A stretch of DNA of 64,000 nucleotides from Candidatus Kapaibacterium sp. (GTDB taxonomy: Bacteria; Bacteroidota; Ignavibacteria; Kapaibacteriales; Kapaibacteriaceae): contig VFFB01000003.1 of the NCBI GenBank assembly GCA_018882585.1, positions 10,359 through 74,358 on the forward strand, in the 5' to 3' direction. Of the stretch, positions 19,525 to 29,869 are shown in pieces (the stretch's first letter is position 1; the number at the start of each line of letters is the position of its first letter). Under the pieces are notes generated by a model. It worked only from the letters and a program-made list of their open reading frames with translations. It had not been told where the DNA came from and ran no database searches. Both the position numbers and the translations under genes were made by a program.

Positions 19525-19691
19525 GCTACACTTGGTATGTCGTGAAGAACAACATGGAGTAGATACATCACGCGATTTCCCACACCGCTGAGGGCTTACC
19601 GGTCACGATCCTTCGCAGAGGCATACGCATGGGAAAGGTTCGTCAAGAGCTTGCGTGCTGTCCATGCGCCCTCGAAGGTCCGATCCGCAGC

Positions 19692-20801
19692 TCACACAAC
19701 CAGGTCCGCTGCCTGTTGCGCGATCGTGCTGCCGATGGCCACGCCCATGCCGTTGCAACCGAAGGCACGAACTACGTGGGGCGAGTAGCGGTCGACGTGC
19801 GGACGCTTGTCAGACGAAAAGCCCATCATGCCGGCCCAGCGATGTTCAATGCTGAAGGCCTTGCCGGGCAGGATGACGGTATCGAGCAGCTCGCACAGAC
19901 AGTCCTGAATGACGTCGGAACACGCCATCACAAAGGTTTGCTCGCCGGTAATGTCCAGGTTGCGAGCCCCGCCCAGCAGAACCCGTTCGCCAAGCGCACG
20001 GAAGTACACAAAGCCTTCGTCCATGTGATACGAACCACGAAGGGCAAGACCTTCAATGGCCGACGTCACCACGACCTGTCCACGGGCCGGCAGGTACTCG
20101 TCTCGAACCACTCCGTCGACCATGACGGGCCAGGCATTCGTAGCAACAACAACCTGTTCTGCCTTTACGGTGCGGCCACCTTCCGGCGTAACAACATGAA
20201 CCCGGTTGCCCTCGATGGCTTCGACACGGCAGCCCGTCCTGAACTGTGCACCCTTCGCAGCAGCCATGCCCCATAATGCAGCCATCATCTTCCCACTGTC
20301 GATGGTGCCCTCGACGGATGTGTACATCAGGGCATGTGTGTTCCCGAATCCGAAGCGGACGATGTCATCATCGCGCCGTGCAAAGACCGTTGTATTGAAA
20401 AGGGGGCGAAGCAGAACATTGAGGTCGTCCACTGCGTCGAGAGCCGGATGATGGGCCGTAAAAAGCTCGTGGGCACCATGCTCCTGCAGACCCATGGCTG
20501 CATCACCAAGGCGCTGTCGCAGCAGTGCCAGACCCCTTTGGCGCTGTTCGATGATGTCGATGGCGGCCGTTGTGCCAAGCAGTTGCACGTCGTGCAGGAT
20601 CTCGCTGGCCGACCCCACACAGGCAAAACCTGCATTGCGTGTGCTTGCCCCCGACGGAACGATGTCGCGCTCAAGGACCATGACGCGGGCATTCGGCCGG
20701 CGATCCAGAACGTCGATCGCCACGGAAGCGCCGATGATGCCGCCTCCGACGATCACGATGTCAACTTCAAGCCAGGACTGATCCCACCACGACGAATGCA
20801 T
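19692..20801 (-). CDS. FAD-dependent oxidoreductase (DAO/glycine-oxidase-like)
   Basis: N-terminal dinucleotide fold VDIVIVGGGIIGASVA. Length and motifs fit the DAO family. Confidence 0.8.
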   Translation of the reverse strand: MHSSWWDQSWLEVDIVIVGGGIIGASVAIDVLDRRPNARVMVLERDIVPSGASTRNAGFACVGSASEILHDVQLLGTTAAIDIIEQRQRGLALLRQRLGDAAMGLQEHGAHELFTAHHPALDAVDDLNVLLRPLFNTTVFARRDDDIVRFGFGNTHALMYTSVEGTIDSGKMMAALWGMAAAKGAQFRTGCRVEAIEGNRVHVVTPEGGRTVKAEQVVVATNAWPVMVDGVVRDEYLPARGQVVVTSAIEGLALRGSYHMDEGFVYFRALGERVLLGGARNLDITGEQTFVMACSDVIQDCLCELLDTVILPGKAFSIEHRWAGMMGFSSDKRPHVDRYSPHVVRAFGCNGMGVAIGSTIAQQAADLVV

Positions 20802-20907
20802 GCATCACCTATGGGTACATTGTGTAGCCGTAACGCCGACCGAAGATACCACTGTAACCATACCGGTGCCGGGGGATTCTTCCGTCCGTACATTTGACAT
20901 CACAACC

Positions 20908-21459
20908 ATGTCCTACACCTTGTGCACCGATGAAGAGTTGTTCGCGATGGTTCGCGACAACAACGATGAACAGGCCTTCCGGGCCCTGTTCCGTCGGTAC
21001 GACAAACGTCTGTATGCCTACTGCCTGCGGGCGCTTGGCAGCCACGACGAAGCACAGGACATGTTCCAGACAATTGCGATGGCAGTGTACGATAAGCGGT
21101 CGGCATTCACCGACGGAAGTTTCGCGGCCTGGGTCTTCACGATCGCCCGAAACGGTTGCCTGAAGGTACTACGTCAGCGAAAGCAGACCGTGGAACTCAC
21201 CGACGAGACGTATGTGGCCGAACAGGACACATCAATGACGAAAGGTGATTTCCTGCTGAAAGACGCATTGCATCGCGCCATCTCCGAATTGCCGGACGAC
21301 TATCGCGAGGCACTTGAGTTGAAATACTTTGACGACCTGCCCTACGAAGAGATCGCTGCTACGCTGGGCATTACGCTGTCGCTGGCCAAGGTGCGCGTGT
21401 TCCGCGCAAAGAAACTCCTCCAAACCCGACTGTCTCCGATCCTGGGTGAACTACGATGA
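20908..21459 (+). CDS. ECF (sigma-70 family group IV) RNA polymerase sigma factor
   Basis: The sigma-2 and sigma-4 regions are recognisable (DEAQDMFQ..., ...YREALELKYFDDLPYEEIAATLGITLSLAKVRVFRAKKLL). The track's longer 5' extension overlaps the neighbouring divergent gene and is unlikely. Confidence 0.85.
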   Translation: MSYTLCTDEELFAMVRDNNDEQAFRALFRRYDKRLYAYCLRALGSHDEAQDMFQTIAMAVYDKRSAFTDGSFAAWVFTIARNGCLKVLRQRKQTVELTDETYVAEQDTSMTKGDFLLKDALHRAISELPDDYREALELKYFDDLPYEEIAATLGITLSLAKVRVFRAKKLLQTRLSPILGELR

Positions 21460-22319
21460 CAAACGACGAATTGCTTGCAGGCTTCCTTGATCGCTCTTTG
21501 AGCGAGGACGATCTTCTCGAACTCGAAACGCGTCGGTCTGCTGACCCTGCGTTCAACAACGACGTTCGTCAGATGCTGACCGTCGAGGATGCGCTGAAGT
21601 CAGCCGTACCGGTCGTTGCCATTCCGGCCGATTTCCTGGCTCGGGTCGAAGACAAGATCGCTGCAAAGGTTGCTTCATCTGCCACGCCGGCTGCCACCGG
21701 TATGTCGACGTCCATCAAGGTCATGGGCGCAGCCCTTGCAACGGTGGCCACAGCCGTTGGCATCTTCCTTGCCACACAGCAGCGAAGCGAGACTACACCA
21801 GCAGCAGAACGTCCGACGATGTCCAGCCCGACCGCTCCGAGCGCCGCCGTCCCGGCTCCTTCTGCGCCGGCGCAGACCGAACAACCGAACCTACAGATGC
21901 AGCCCATCGCCGCAGCACCGTCGACCGAGGAACAGCCGTCAGCACCCGGATCTGCCAATGCGTATGCATCAGCATCGACGCCGATGATCGAGCGTCTTCT
22001 GCGGCAGTACGAGGGATGCAAGAACAGCAATGAGAGTATTCGCTGTGCACAGCTGGCACTGAATATTGCGGGACAGTATCGTAAACTGGGCGAGTACGCG
22101 TCGGCAACGGTCTACAGTACCGACGCGCTGACATTCGCGCGAACGCTGCGCGTTGTCCAGTACGAGGTTGAAGCACTTGGCATGCTTGGTCGCATCAACA
22201 TCGACCGCGGCAATCTGTCGGCCGCTCGCAACTATCTGCGGTCAGCGGTCGACGCCGGAACGGGTGTCGACGGCATCAACGTCGAACCTTATCGACAGCT
22301 GCTTGGCAGCATCGAGTAA
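21456..22319 (+). CDS. Anti-sigma factor (single-pass membrane, Pro/Ala-rich linker, C-terminal TPR-like region)
   Basis: It overlaps the sigma factor stop by 4 nt (ATGA). It has an N-terminal cytoplasmic anti-sigma domain, a TM helix VMGAALATVATAVGIFLA and a PA-rich low-complexity segment. Confidence 0.7.
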   Translation: MTNDELLAGFLDRSLSEDDLLELETRRSADPAFNNDVRQMLTVEDALKSAVPVVAIPADFLARVEDKIAAKVASSATPAATGMSTSIKVMGAALATVATAVGIFLATQQRSETTPAAERPTMSSPTAPSAAVPAPSAPAQTEQPNLQMQPIAAAPSTEEQPSAPGSANAYASASTPMIERLLRQYEGCKNSNESIRCAQLALNIAGQYRKLGEYASATVYSTDALTFARTLRVVQYEVEALGMLGRINIDRGNLSAARNYLRSAVDAGTGVDGINVEPYRQLLGSIE

Positions 22320-22423
22320 ACATCGTGCTGCGTGATGGCGCAGCCGCTCCGAATACCGAAAAGCCCTACATGGTGTGTAGAGTAGCAACGGCGGTCTGTC
22401 TACCCTGGTGCAGCCGCCGTTGT

Positions 22424-24364
22424 TCATTTATCGGCCGGCGTCACAAAGCGCTTCCATGGCCCCTGCCAAAGGACGCGCTCCTGCGGTGGTACTCCGCGTA
22501 GCCACCACGATTGCCCGTCGGAGTCCAGGCTGACCGTCGAAACGTAGACGGCTGTCGCCGGTACGGTTGGTTGACACAACCGAAACGATGCCGGCAATGC
22601 AGAAGACGTGATCCACTCATGCGAGGTCTGCATGCCTGCAGAAGCATCCATGGTTGCAGCTTCACGCAACAGCACCCGTGCAGGGTCGGTCACAACGCGG
22701 CCACCCTCGGCATCTGCCACCGTCATTCGAACGTCGAACGTCTGCTGTAACGCTTGCGCCGCTTCGACGCTTTCCCGCATCGACCATGTAAGTTGCTCGG
22801 GAACCGGCCCGCTACCTGTCCGCGCAAAGACTGTCTTCCCTTGCGAGGTCACCTCGACCGTCCATGCCACGATCGGTGCGTCTGCAACGACTTCCGGATA
22901 CATCCGCACCGTAGGGAGTGTTGCTTCGACAGTTGTATCTACACGCGTGATCGGGCCGATTACCTCGCACGATGGATCCACGATGACCATCTGCGACGTA
23001 TCGCCGCCAGTGCTCTGATCATGACGAATGCGCTTCGCATCCACGCCAAAGGTTGCACGCAGATACGCACGTACAGCGGCCACCCGTTCGTTGCCCAAGG
23101 CAGTATCACCCGACGTCTGCAGTGTGATCGATATCCGAGCTTTGCGGCGTAGGCGCCAGCCGATGGTGTTCAAAAGGTTGTGCTGCATGTGCGGGGCCGC
23201 GGTGTCGATAACATCACGGTCAGCGAAGGCGGCCGCCTGCGACGGCGTCAAGCGCACGTAACGATCGGGGATTCGAGATCCGGTGTCAAACACAACAACA
23301 GGTATCATCGGCACCGTACGCGCATGCTTCCGCCGCTTCGTCTCGATAACTGCGTCCGTGCGTTCGATACCGTCCGCATCGACGAACACCACGCGAATAG
23401 AGCCGTCAAGGATGGCAGGGGGCTTCGGAAGAACCTTTCGGTATCGCTCGGTGACGGTGATCGTGTTGAGCGTGTCGTTCACGACCACGGCGGAGCCCAC
23501 GATCCTGTCTATGAGTGACGGTGTCGGCTCGGCCATCCCCGGTTGAAGTACCGTGATTGTGTCACGCACATACAGCGTATCGGTACGGATCGTCGGCAAT
23601 GACGGCGGTGGCACTGTCTCCTGCGGACTGAACCGCAAGGCCAGGCCGACGTCGAACGACACGTCTCGCCACGCCACATCGCCATGTATCGACAGCGGCG
23701 TGACCGCCGCGCCAACATGTGGCACGAGCTGCCACGAGTTTCCGACGAGGGATATCGCGTAGTTCAGACGAAGCCGGACCAAGGGAACCATGAATCGTAG
23801 TCCGGGAACGTTGCCCGCTGAAGTTACCTGTTGCGTCGAGCCGTCGCTGAACAGCAGGCCTGCCGGATCAACAAACCGCTCTGTTTGCCGATGCGTTGCC
23901 GAGAGAATTGCCATCAGCGGTATACCGGCATCAAGCCATAAGGAATTTGTTGCCTTCCACCGAAGGAATGGCTCGAGGCCGACCAGCGTGACGTTGGCTG
24001 TCAGGCGATGCTCAATGGTAGCAGCATAGACAGAGTCGGCCACTGCGATTGGCACTCGCTCCAAGGCTTTCCATGCGGCAAATGTGCTGCCGGCCGTCAG
24101 GCGGATGCCGCCAAAGAATCCATTCGAAAGCTTCATATCGACTGCGGCGTAGCCGAATCCCCGCAGATATTGTTCGTCGGAGACGAACGACAGTGGACCC
24201 GGCGCAGGGATGCCTGGAATGGTTGACATCGTTCCCACGGCATCGCGCAGCGATACACCGCCCCCTACCTCATAGCTCAACGCTCCGCGCTGTGAGCGCA
24301 GCGGGACGGCAGCGATGGCAAGGATGCAGGTAAGGAGTCCGGCAAGGCGCAACGGCGTCATCAT
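22424..24364 (-). CDS. Outer-membrane protein with N-terminal beta-barrel-like region and OmpA-like peptidoglycan-binding domain
   Basis: Signal peptide plus an OmpA_C-like core (VFDTGSRIPD...NERVAAVRAYLRATFGVDAKRI). It lies immediately downstream of the T9SS cargo gene 24386-26194. Confidence 0.55.
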   Translation of the reverse strand: MMTPLRLAGLLTCILAIAAVPLRSQRGALSYEVGGGVSLRDAVGTMSTIPGIPAPGPLSFVSDEQYLRGFGYAAVDMKLSNGFFGGIRLTAGSTFAAWKALERVPIAVADSVYAATIEHRLTANVTLVGLEPFLRWKATNSLWLDAGIPLMAILSATHRQTERFVDPAGLLFSDGSTQQVTSAGNVPGLRFMVPLVRLRLNYAISLVGNSWQLVPHVGAAVTPLSIHGDVAWRDVSFDVGLALRFSPQETVPPPSLPTIRTDTLYVRDTITVLQPGMAEPTPSLIDRIVGSAVVVNDTLNTITVTERYRKVLPKPPAILDGSIRVVFVDADGIERTDAVIETKRRKHARTVPMIPVVVFDTGSRIPDRYVRLTPSQAAAFADRDVIDTAAPHMQHNLLNTIGWRLRRKARISITLQTSGDTALGNERVAAVRAYLRATFGVDAKRIRHDQSTGGDTSQMVIVDPSCEVIGPITRVDTTVEATLPTVRMYPEVVADAPIVAWTVEVTSQGKTVFARTGSGPVPEQLTWSMRESVEAAQALQQTFDVRMTVADAEGGRVVTDPARVLLREAATMDASAGMQTSHEWITSSALPASFRLCQPTVPATAVYVSTVSLDSDGQSWWLRGVPPQERVLWQGPWKRFVTPADK

Positions 24365-24385
24365 TGCCGTAAAGATACCGCGGCA

Positions 24386-26194
24386 TTACCGCATGACGAC
24401 AAGGCGGACGACGCTGTTGAGGGTATCGCCGTCGACTCCGCGCACAGCAAGGCGGGCATAGTACGAACCCGGTGTGATCACAACGTCGGCACCCGAGGAA
24501 GCACCAAGCGTGAATGTCGTCGTACCAGCCTGCAGCGCAGCACTCAGGTCAGCAACGATACGGCCCATTGCATCGACGATGACAAGTCTGCCGACATTGG
24601 TCGGAACATTCACCACGCGCAGCGTGGCTTCGACGTCGATGGGATTCGGTTCAACAACGATATCAAGCGGCCCTTGCAGGGTGTTCACCCTGCGCTGACC
24701 GCCGGCATGCTGCCAGGCGTCGCCAAGAATGACCGTCGTCGCCGCACGCGTTGTCATCGAATCGGCAAGATCTTCGGCTGCACCGCTGGCAAGGCGATAC
24801 GCTGCTGCTGCGATGGCGACGTCGCTGCGGTCGTCGTCGCCCAGGACGGCAATAAAGGCAATCGCCATGATGGTGTCGCCGGTTGACACGGCATCACCGG
24901 CAGACCGTTCGACGTTGAACGTCGCAAGCTGCACATCATTGGCAGAGCTTCGGCCCGAGAACGTAGCCAACGGCGAAGATATCGGAACCAGGATGGACGG
25001 ATTGTACGAGACCGTGCATTGCATGGATGTGAGGGCTACCGAAACCGTGGTCGACGAGCTTTGAACATCAGCGACCACAGGCAGGCGAACGGTATCACCG
25101 ATCCGTACTGTTTGGGCGGCATCTGCAAACCCTGCGCGCAGCACAACCTTCGGATCAGGTGGGCGCGTTGCGCGGCCTTGGACCGTTATCAGGGTGGAGT
25201 CAATGGCACGACCTCGGTGCAGCCGTCGCAACGAGAATGTTCGCTGATAGGATCCGGTAACGAGCGGCGAGCAGGAAAACTGGGTCGTGATTCGTGTAGA
25301 CGTGGACGGTACCTTCGGTTGCGTGACCATGCCCTCGACCGGGCCGTTATCCAGGGCCACGAGGGCATACTCGTAGAGTGATCGTGGAGCGATGGGCAGA
25401 TCGATCTCTTCGGTTGCGACCGTCGTAGAGCCAGTCACAACATCATCGGCAGTCACGGTACGACTCTTCGGCATCTGACGACCAACGCCGACGAGCTTGC
25501 ATATCAGCGAATCCAGAATCACGCCGTCTTCTCGTTTTCGCAAAACGGTAACGGTTTCGGAACTCCGCCCTTCTGTCATTGGTCCGAACTCAAAGATCAG
25601 TCCGGCCGAGTCGTTATTGATGCGCCGTGGACCATTTCGCGTGAGTATATCAAACGGCGGCTTCGGTGCAGCGATCTGCCAGATGGTATTGGGCATTTCC
25701 ACGATCTCGCGCGGCATGAGCACTGCTCTTCGGACCGTATCGCCGGTAAGCACTTCGCCGAAGTTCACATCGGCGGTACGCGAAGCACTGACTCCTACGC
25801 CGTACAGACGCACTACGATGCGGTCGAACGGCGTGTATCGCACCATCACGATACTGTCGCGCCACTCGCCTGATCGCGTCGGAGCGAACGAAGCGAACAC
25901 GTCTACGCTGCGGCCATTGATCGGGATCGTATCACCGCGCTGACCCGGTTGGGGGTCAACATGAAAGGGAGGATCCGGATACTGAATGATCACAAACGCT
26001 TCACGGTAGTCGCCGCCCGGTCGCAACTGCACGTCTTCGCGACCATGCTCAACGCTGCCAAGCAGCGTTGGCCGAAAGGACATGCGAGCTTCATAGCGAT
26101 CTTGCGGCAACAGGTCACCGTCGGGTGCGGCAATGCCCCCTGAGACCTGCATCATGCAGATGATGATCGAAACCAGCAGAAAACGGATTGACAT
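24386..26194 (-). CDS. Secreted protein with type-A T9SS C-terminal domain
   Basis: Signal peptide. The C-terminus VVEPNP...LVIVDAMGRIV...GSYYARL is a type-A T9SS CTD. No catalytic motifs were recognised. Confidence 0.6.
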   Translation of the reverse strand: MSIRFLLVSIIICMMQVSGGIAAPDGDLLPQDRYEARMSFRPTLLGSVEHGREDVQLRPGGDYREAFVIIQYPDPPFHVDPQPGQRGDTIPINGRSVDVFASFAPTRSGEWRDSIVMVRYTPFDRIVVRLYGVGVSASRTADVNFGEVLTGDTVRRAVLMPREIVEMPNTIWQIAAPKPPFDILTRNGPRRINNDSAGLIFEFGPMTEGRSSETVTVLRKREDGVILDSLICKLVGVGRQMPKSRTVTADDVVTGSTTVATEEIDLPIAPRSLYEYALVALDNGPVEGMVTQPKVPSTSTRITTQFSCSPLVTGSYQRTFSLRRLHRGRAIDSTLITVQGRATRPPDPKVVLRAGFADAAQTVRIGDTVRLPVVADVQSSSTTVSVALTSMQCTVSYNPSILVPISSPLATFSGRSSANDVQLATFNVERSAGDAVSTGDTIMAIAFIAVLGDDDRSDVAIAAAAYRLASGAAEDLADSMTTRAATTVILGDAWQHAGGQRRVNTLQGPLDIVVEPNPIDVEATLRVVNVPTNVGRLVIVDAMGRIVADLSAALQAGTTTFTLGASSGADVVITPGSYYARLAVRGVDGDTLNSVVRLVVMR

Positions 26195-26314
26195 ACGAGT
26201 GCAAGAATCCGTTCAAGATGCAATTGTTACACGAGAAGGCAGAAACGAAACGGGGTCGCCGATGGCGACCCCGTTGTTCATGTGCGAAGCGATGCGTTTT
26301 TGGTACTCTGGCGA

Positions 26315-28984
26315 TCAGTTGCCGATGTTGTACCACGTACCGGCACCATCGTAGAGCAGACGAACAGTGGACCCGGCGGCAAGATTGACGGTCGGCACGG
26401 CTTCGATCGTATCAGCTCCGCCGGCAGCAATGATCGAGACGCCAGTTGCCGCATTCCGAATCGTGTAAACTCTGCCCGCAGCCGGCGCCGGAGGCAAGTA
26501 GACATCGATGGCCGAATGTGCCGTCACGATCACCACATGGTCCTGCGTTCCCGGAAACAGCGGCGCCGACCCGATTAACGCATGCATATTCTGTGCACCG
26601 TGCACGGACAGTTCACCATTGATTGTAACTGCTCCGGTGAGTGATACCGGACCTGTGACGGATGCGCCCCCCGCGGCCACGCTCAAACCCTCGGATGCAA
26701 TGAGTGTTCCGTTGGTCGAAAGCGAGTGTCCGGTACCCACGTTGATGGCCACGTTTCCTGCACGGCTGAGCGTACCCGAGCCATTGTCATCAATGGAGCC
26801 ATCCACGATGGAGCTATGGGCATTGAAGCGCGTCAAACGATTCGTGGTGCCGACGGAAGGTGCCACGACCACGGTACCCGTTGCATCGGGCAGCGTCCAA
26901 ACGCGCGTAGAGGTTGTTGTTGCTGGGGGCTGAAGAAAACTGATGTACGGAGTTGTCACGTTGCCGTCATGGAACGCCTGCTCATACACCGTGGGAAGAT
27001 TGCCGCTGGGATCCAACACGACAACATTGTTGGGCGTATTGATATCGACATCTCCAGCGAAATAGTCAACACGTACGGCGTCAACGATACGACTTCCCGT
27101 TGTGGCCGACGTGCTGATCGTCGGATTCGGATACGTTCCGGCCAAGTCTCCGCCGGCGGTTCCTCCGGGTGTTACACCTGTGATCGTGGCGCTTGTAAGG
27201 TTGGTGATGCGGCCATCGACGTCGATCGTAACGACCGGTGTGGCTGTGCTCGATCCGATGGGTCCGATCGTGCTGGCATGCAGGTTGGCAAGTTCGGTTG
27301 TCCCAACGACACCGACATTGATCTGCAGGTTTTGTGCGGCAAGGCTGCCGGACGACGTGATGTCGGAGGCGCCAGACGTCACGGGATCGTTCACTCGGGC
27401 CGTATTGATGCGGGCAGCAGTGCCGCCGTTGTTCACGGCGTTGATGATGTTGTTGCCCGACGTCGGGTTGATGGTCGGATTGGGATATGTGCCGGCCAGG
27501 TCTCCACCGGCAGCGCCGACCGGAGGCGCGCCGGTGATGACCGTCGTTGACAGGTTCTGCACACGGCCGTCACCGTCGACCGTGATGACCGGAATCAACG
27601 TGCCTGAACCTTGAGGTCCGGTAGGCAGGCCGGCAATATCCGCGAGTTCGATGGGGCCAACGGCCCCTTGTTTGATCTGAAGGTTGGCTGAGTCAAGTCG
27701 GCCCGACATGCTGACGTCCGACAACTGAATATCTGCCAGTGGTTCGACCTTCATACCGTCGACCCAGAGCAGCGGATTCATGTTATCGTTGATTGCAGCA
27801 ATGATATTCGTACCGGCCACATTGCGATCGATCTGCGGAAACGGATAGATTCCCGTCAGGTCGCCGCTGGCGGGGCCGCCAGGCTGAATTCCTGTGAGCG
27901 TCACGTTGCGCGCCGAGATGATCCGGCCGCCCGTATCCACCGTCATCTGCACCACCTTGTTGTAATCGCCGTATGTGCCCGGCGTCACGCCGGTGGGTTG
28001 CAGTTTTAGTGAAGTCACAGCACCATCGGCAATTCGCGACGTCGTGATGCCGCCTGCCGGGATCTTGGCAGACGTTACGGCTCCGTCAGCGATCTTCCCT
28101 TCGACCACAGCACTGTTTGCCAGTTTGTCGGTGGTGATCGAGCCGGCCCGCACCAAGGGGGAAGGGTATGTACCCGTGAGGTCGCCGTTTGCATTGCCGT
28201 TCGGAGGCAACGACGTCGGGATGACGCCTGCGGCGATCTTGGCCGAAGTGATCACACCATCGGCGATCTTCGATCCAGTGACGGCACCGTCGGCGATCTT
28301 GATACCCGTGACACTGCCACTGGCAAGCTTGGACGATGTTATTCCGCCATCGGCAACGCGGATGATGGCATCCGGTCCGGCCGGATTCGAAATGGAGATC
28401 GAGCCATCGTTCGACGAGATCGTCTCGACGCCCGTCCCATCACCGTTCTGCACCGGTCCCGTGATACGGATGGTATCCTGGATACGGCTGACCGAGATTC
28501 CGTTCGTACCCTTGATGACCATGCTACCCTTGCCGCCATTGAGTGACCTGACAAGATCGTTGAATTCGGGATTGAGTGCGTCGGCAACGAGTGCCCGCTC
28601 CGCGACGATGGCATTGGGAACAACGGCCATGCGTGTTCTTGGCTGGAACGGAGTACTGCCCTCGATCGCAGTCTCGAGCCACAGCGGACGGTTGAAATCG
28701 ACCGCTGCCATTTCCGCGCCTTCAACTTGGCCGATCAGGATCGTGAACAGACCTTTCGTCACGGTCACGTCCTGCGTCTCCGTAAAGACAAGGGTGCCGA
28801 TCGTAGGACTATCGAATAGACGTATCACCATGCGATACTGACCGTCAGGCAGTGGCGTACCGTCGGCCTGCGTGATCAGGCCCTGGTACGATATCACGCG
28901 GTTCACGCTTTGTGCTGACAGTGACGCGATACCGCATACCAGCATGCAGGCTATGGCGCATATGGTGTGGACAACATGTTTCAT
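26315..28984 (-). CDS. Large repetitive secreted protein (fibre-like), no T9SS CTD
   Basis: Signal peptide MKHVVHTICAIACMLVCGIASLSAQS. There are 7 or more tandem IADGAVTxxKI-type 11-mers. Four modules of roughly 110 aa are anchored by GDL(T/A)G(T/I)YP(N/S/F)P. The C-terminal ~150 aa are Gly/Ala/Thr-rich and end WYNIGN. Composition is Gly/Thr/Ala/Val/Ile-rich. Confidence 0.6.
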   Translation of the reverse strand: MKHVVHTICAIACMLVCGIASLSAQSVNRVISYQGLITQADGTPLPDGQYRMVIRLFDSPTIGTLVFTETQDVTVTKGLFTILIGQVEGAEMAAVDFNRPLWLETAIEGSTPFQPRTRMAVVPNAIVAERALVADALNPEFNDLVRSLNGGKGSMVIKGTNGISVSRIQDTIRITGPVQNGDGTGVETISSNDGSISISNPAGPDAIIRVADGGITSSKLASGSVTGIKIADGAVTGSKIADGVITSAKIAAGVIPTSLPPNGNANGDLTGTYPSPLVRAGSITTDKLANSAVVEGKIADGAVTSAKIPAGGITTSRIADGAVTSLKLQPTGVTPGTYGDYNKVVQMTVDTGGRIISARNVTLTGIQPGGPASGDLTGIYPFPQIDRNVAGTNIIAAINDNMNPLLWVDGMKVEPLADIQLSDVSMSGRLDSANLQIKQGAVGPIELADIAGLPTGPQGSGTLIPVITVDGDGRVQNLSTTVITGAPPVGAAGGDLAGTYPNPTINPTSGNNIINAVNNGGTAARINTARVNDPVTSGASDITSSGSLAAQNLQINVGVVGTTELANLHASTIGPIGSSTATPVVTIDVDGRITNLTSATITGVTPGGTAGGDLAGTYPNPTISTSATTGSRIVDAVRVDYFAGDVDINTPNNVVVLDPSGNLPTVYEQAFHDGNVTTPYISFLQPPATTTSTRVWTLPDATGTVVVAPSVGTTNRLTRFNAHSSIVDGSIDDNGSGTLSRAGNVAINVGTGHSLSTNGTLIASEGLSVAAGGASVTGPVSLTGAVTINGELSVHGAQNMHALIGSAPLFPGTQDHVVIVTAHSAIDVYLPPAPAAGRVYTIRNAATGVSIIAAGGADTIEAVPTVNLAAGSTVRLLYDGAGTWYNIGN

Positions 28985-29117
28985 GTGGAAAGACCCCTCA
29001 AGAATGGATTGTAGCATGGTTGTGAGCTCCGACGGCACGTGACAGCCGTCAAGGCGAGTACTGTGGAATCAGGCGCGAGCCCAGCATGACCAGCGGACGT
29101 TACGGTTGGCCGGCGTT

Positions 29118-29693
29118 TCACCTCACAATGTCCATCCGGTTCACAAGTCGCATTCGCTCGCCACTTGCCGACCTTGCGACTACCTCGTAGAAGTACGTTC
29201 CCGATGCCAGCAGAACGCCGGTGTCCGTTGTTCCATCAAACGTGATCATCGCTTGCTCTCCCGTCTGTACGGTCGACGTCAGTGTTCGGACGAGGCCCCC
29301 TACCATATCCCTGATTCGGATGGTAACGGGTCCAGCGACTGGTGCGTCGATCCTGATGGCCGTTGCTGTCGAGAATGGGTTGGGGAAGTTCACGGTGGAC
29401 GATGGTTCGGTACCGGCAGACTCGGGGCGGACGCTTGTCGGGACCTCGATGGGCAGCCAGAATCCTTGGTGCAGCTGCTCTGAAGCCTGGATGCGAACGG
29501 GTCCGGCAATAACCTGACCAATCGTTGTTGACAGATAAGCAGTACCTGCCTGCGCTGCCTGTGTACCTCCGGCTGCAACCACTTGTCGAGATACAGCCTC
29601 TTGCCCGTACAAGGGCACTGCCATCACTGACAGTGCCCCGACGAACCACCGCAGCCACCCCCTTGGCTTTGGTGAATGTTGATTCTTGTTCAT
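29118..29693 (-). CDS. Small secreted protein with type-A T9SS C-terminal domain
   Basis: Signal peptide from the ATG at 29693 (MNKNQ...ALSVMAVPLYGQEA). The C-terminus NFPNPFSTATAIRIDAP...IRIRDMVGGLV...GTYFYEVV is a canonical T9SS CTD. Confidence 0.65.
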   Translation of the reverse strand: MNKNQHSPKPRGWLRWFVGALSVMAVPLYGQEAVSRQVVAAGGTQAAQAGTAYLSTTIGQVIAGPVRIQASEQLHQGFWLPIEVPTSVRPESAGTEPSSTVNFPNPFSTATAIRIDAPVAGPVTIRIRDMVGGLVRTLTSTVQTGEQAMITFDGTTDTGVLLASGTYFYEVVARSASGERMRLVNRMDIVR

Positions 29694-29869
29694 GATACGT
29701 GCCATCTGTTGGATGAAACCGGAACCCCTCCGGGGCCACAAAGATGAGGTAGGGAGGAGCCCGCCGAAGTACGTTAGAACTCGTAATTCACGACGTCTGC
29801 ATTGCAATGCCAAGGCCCGACAGCGTTCATGTATTGCCTATTTTTGAGCCGCTTGCATGGGAGCTTAGC

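Noticed and set aside
20800-20907. Long 5' extension of the ECF sigma ORF (MHHLWVHCVAV...)
   Set aside because: It overlaps the start of the divergent FAD oxidoreductase gene. Sigma-70 region 2 begins after the ATG at 20908, which gives a normal ECF length of about 184 aa.
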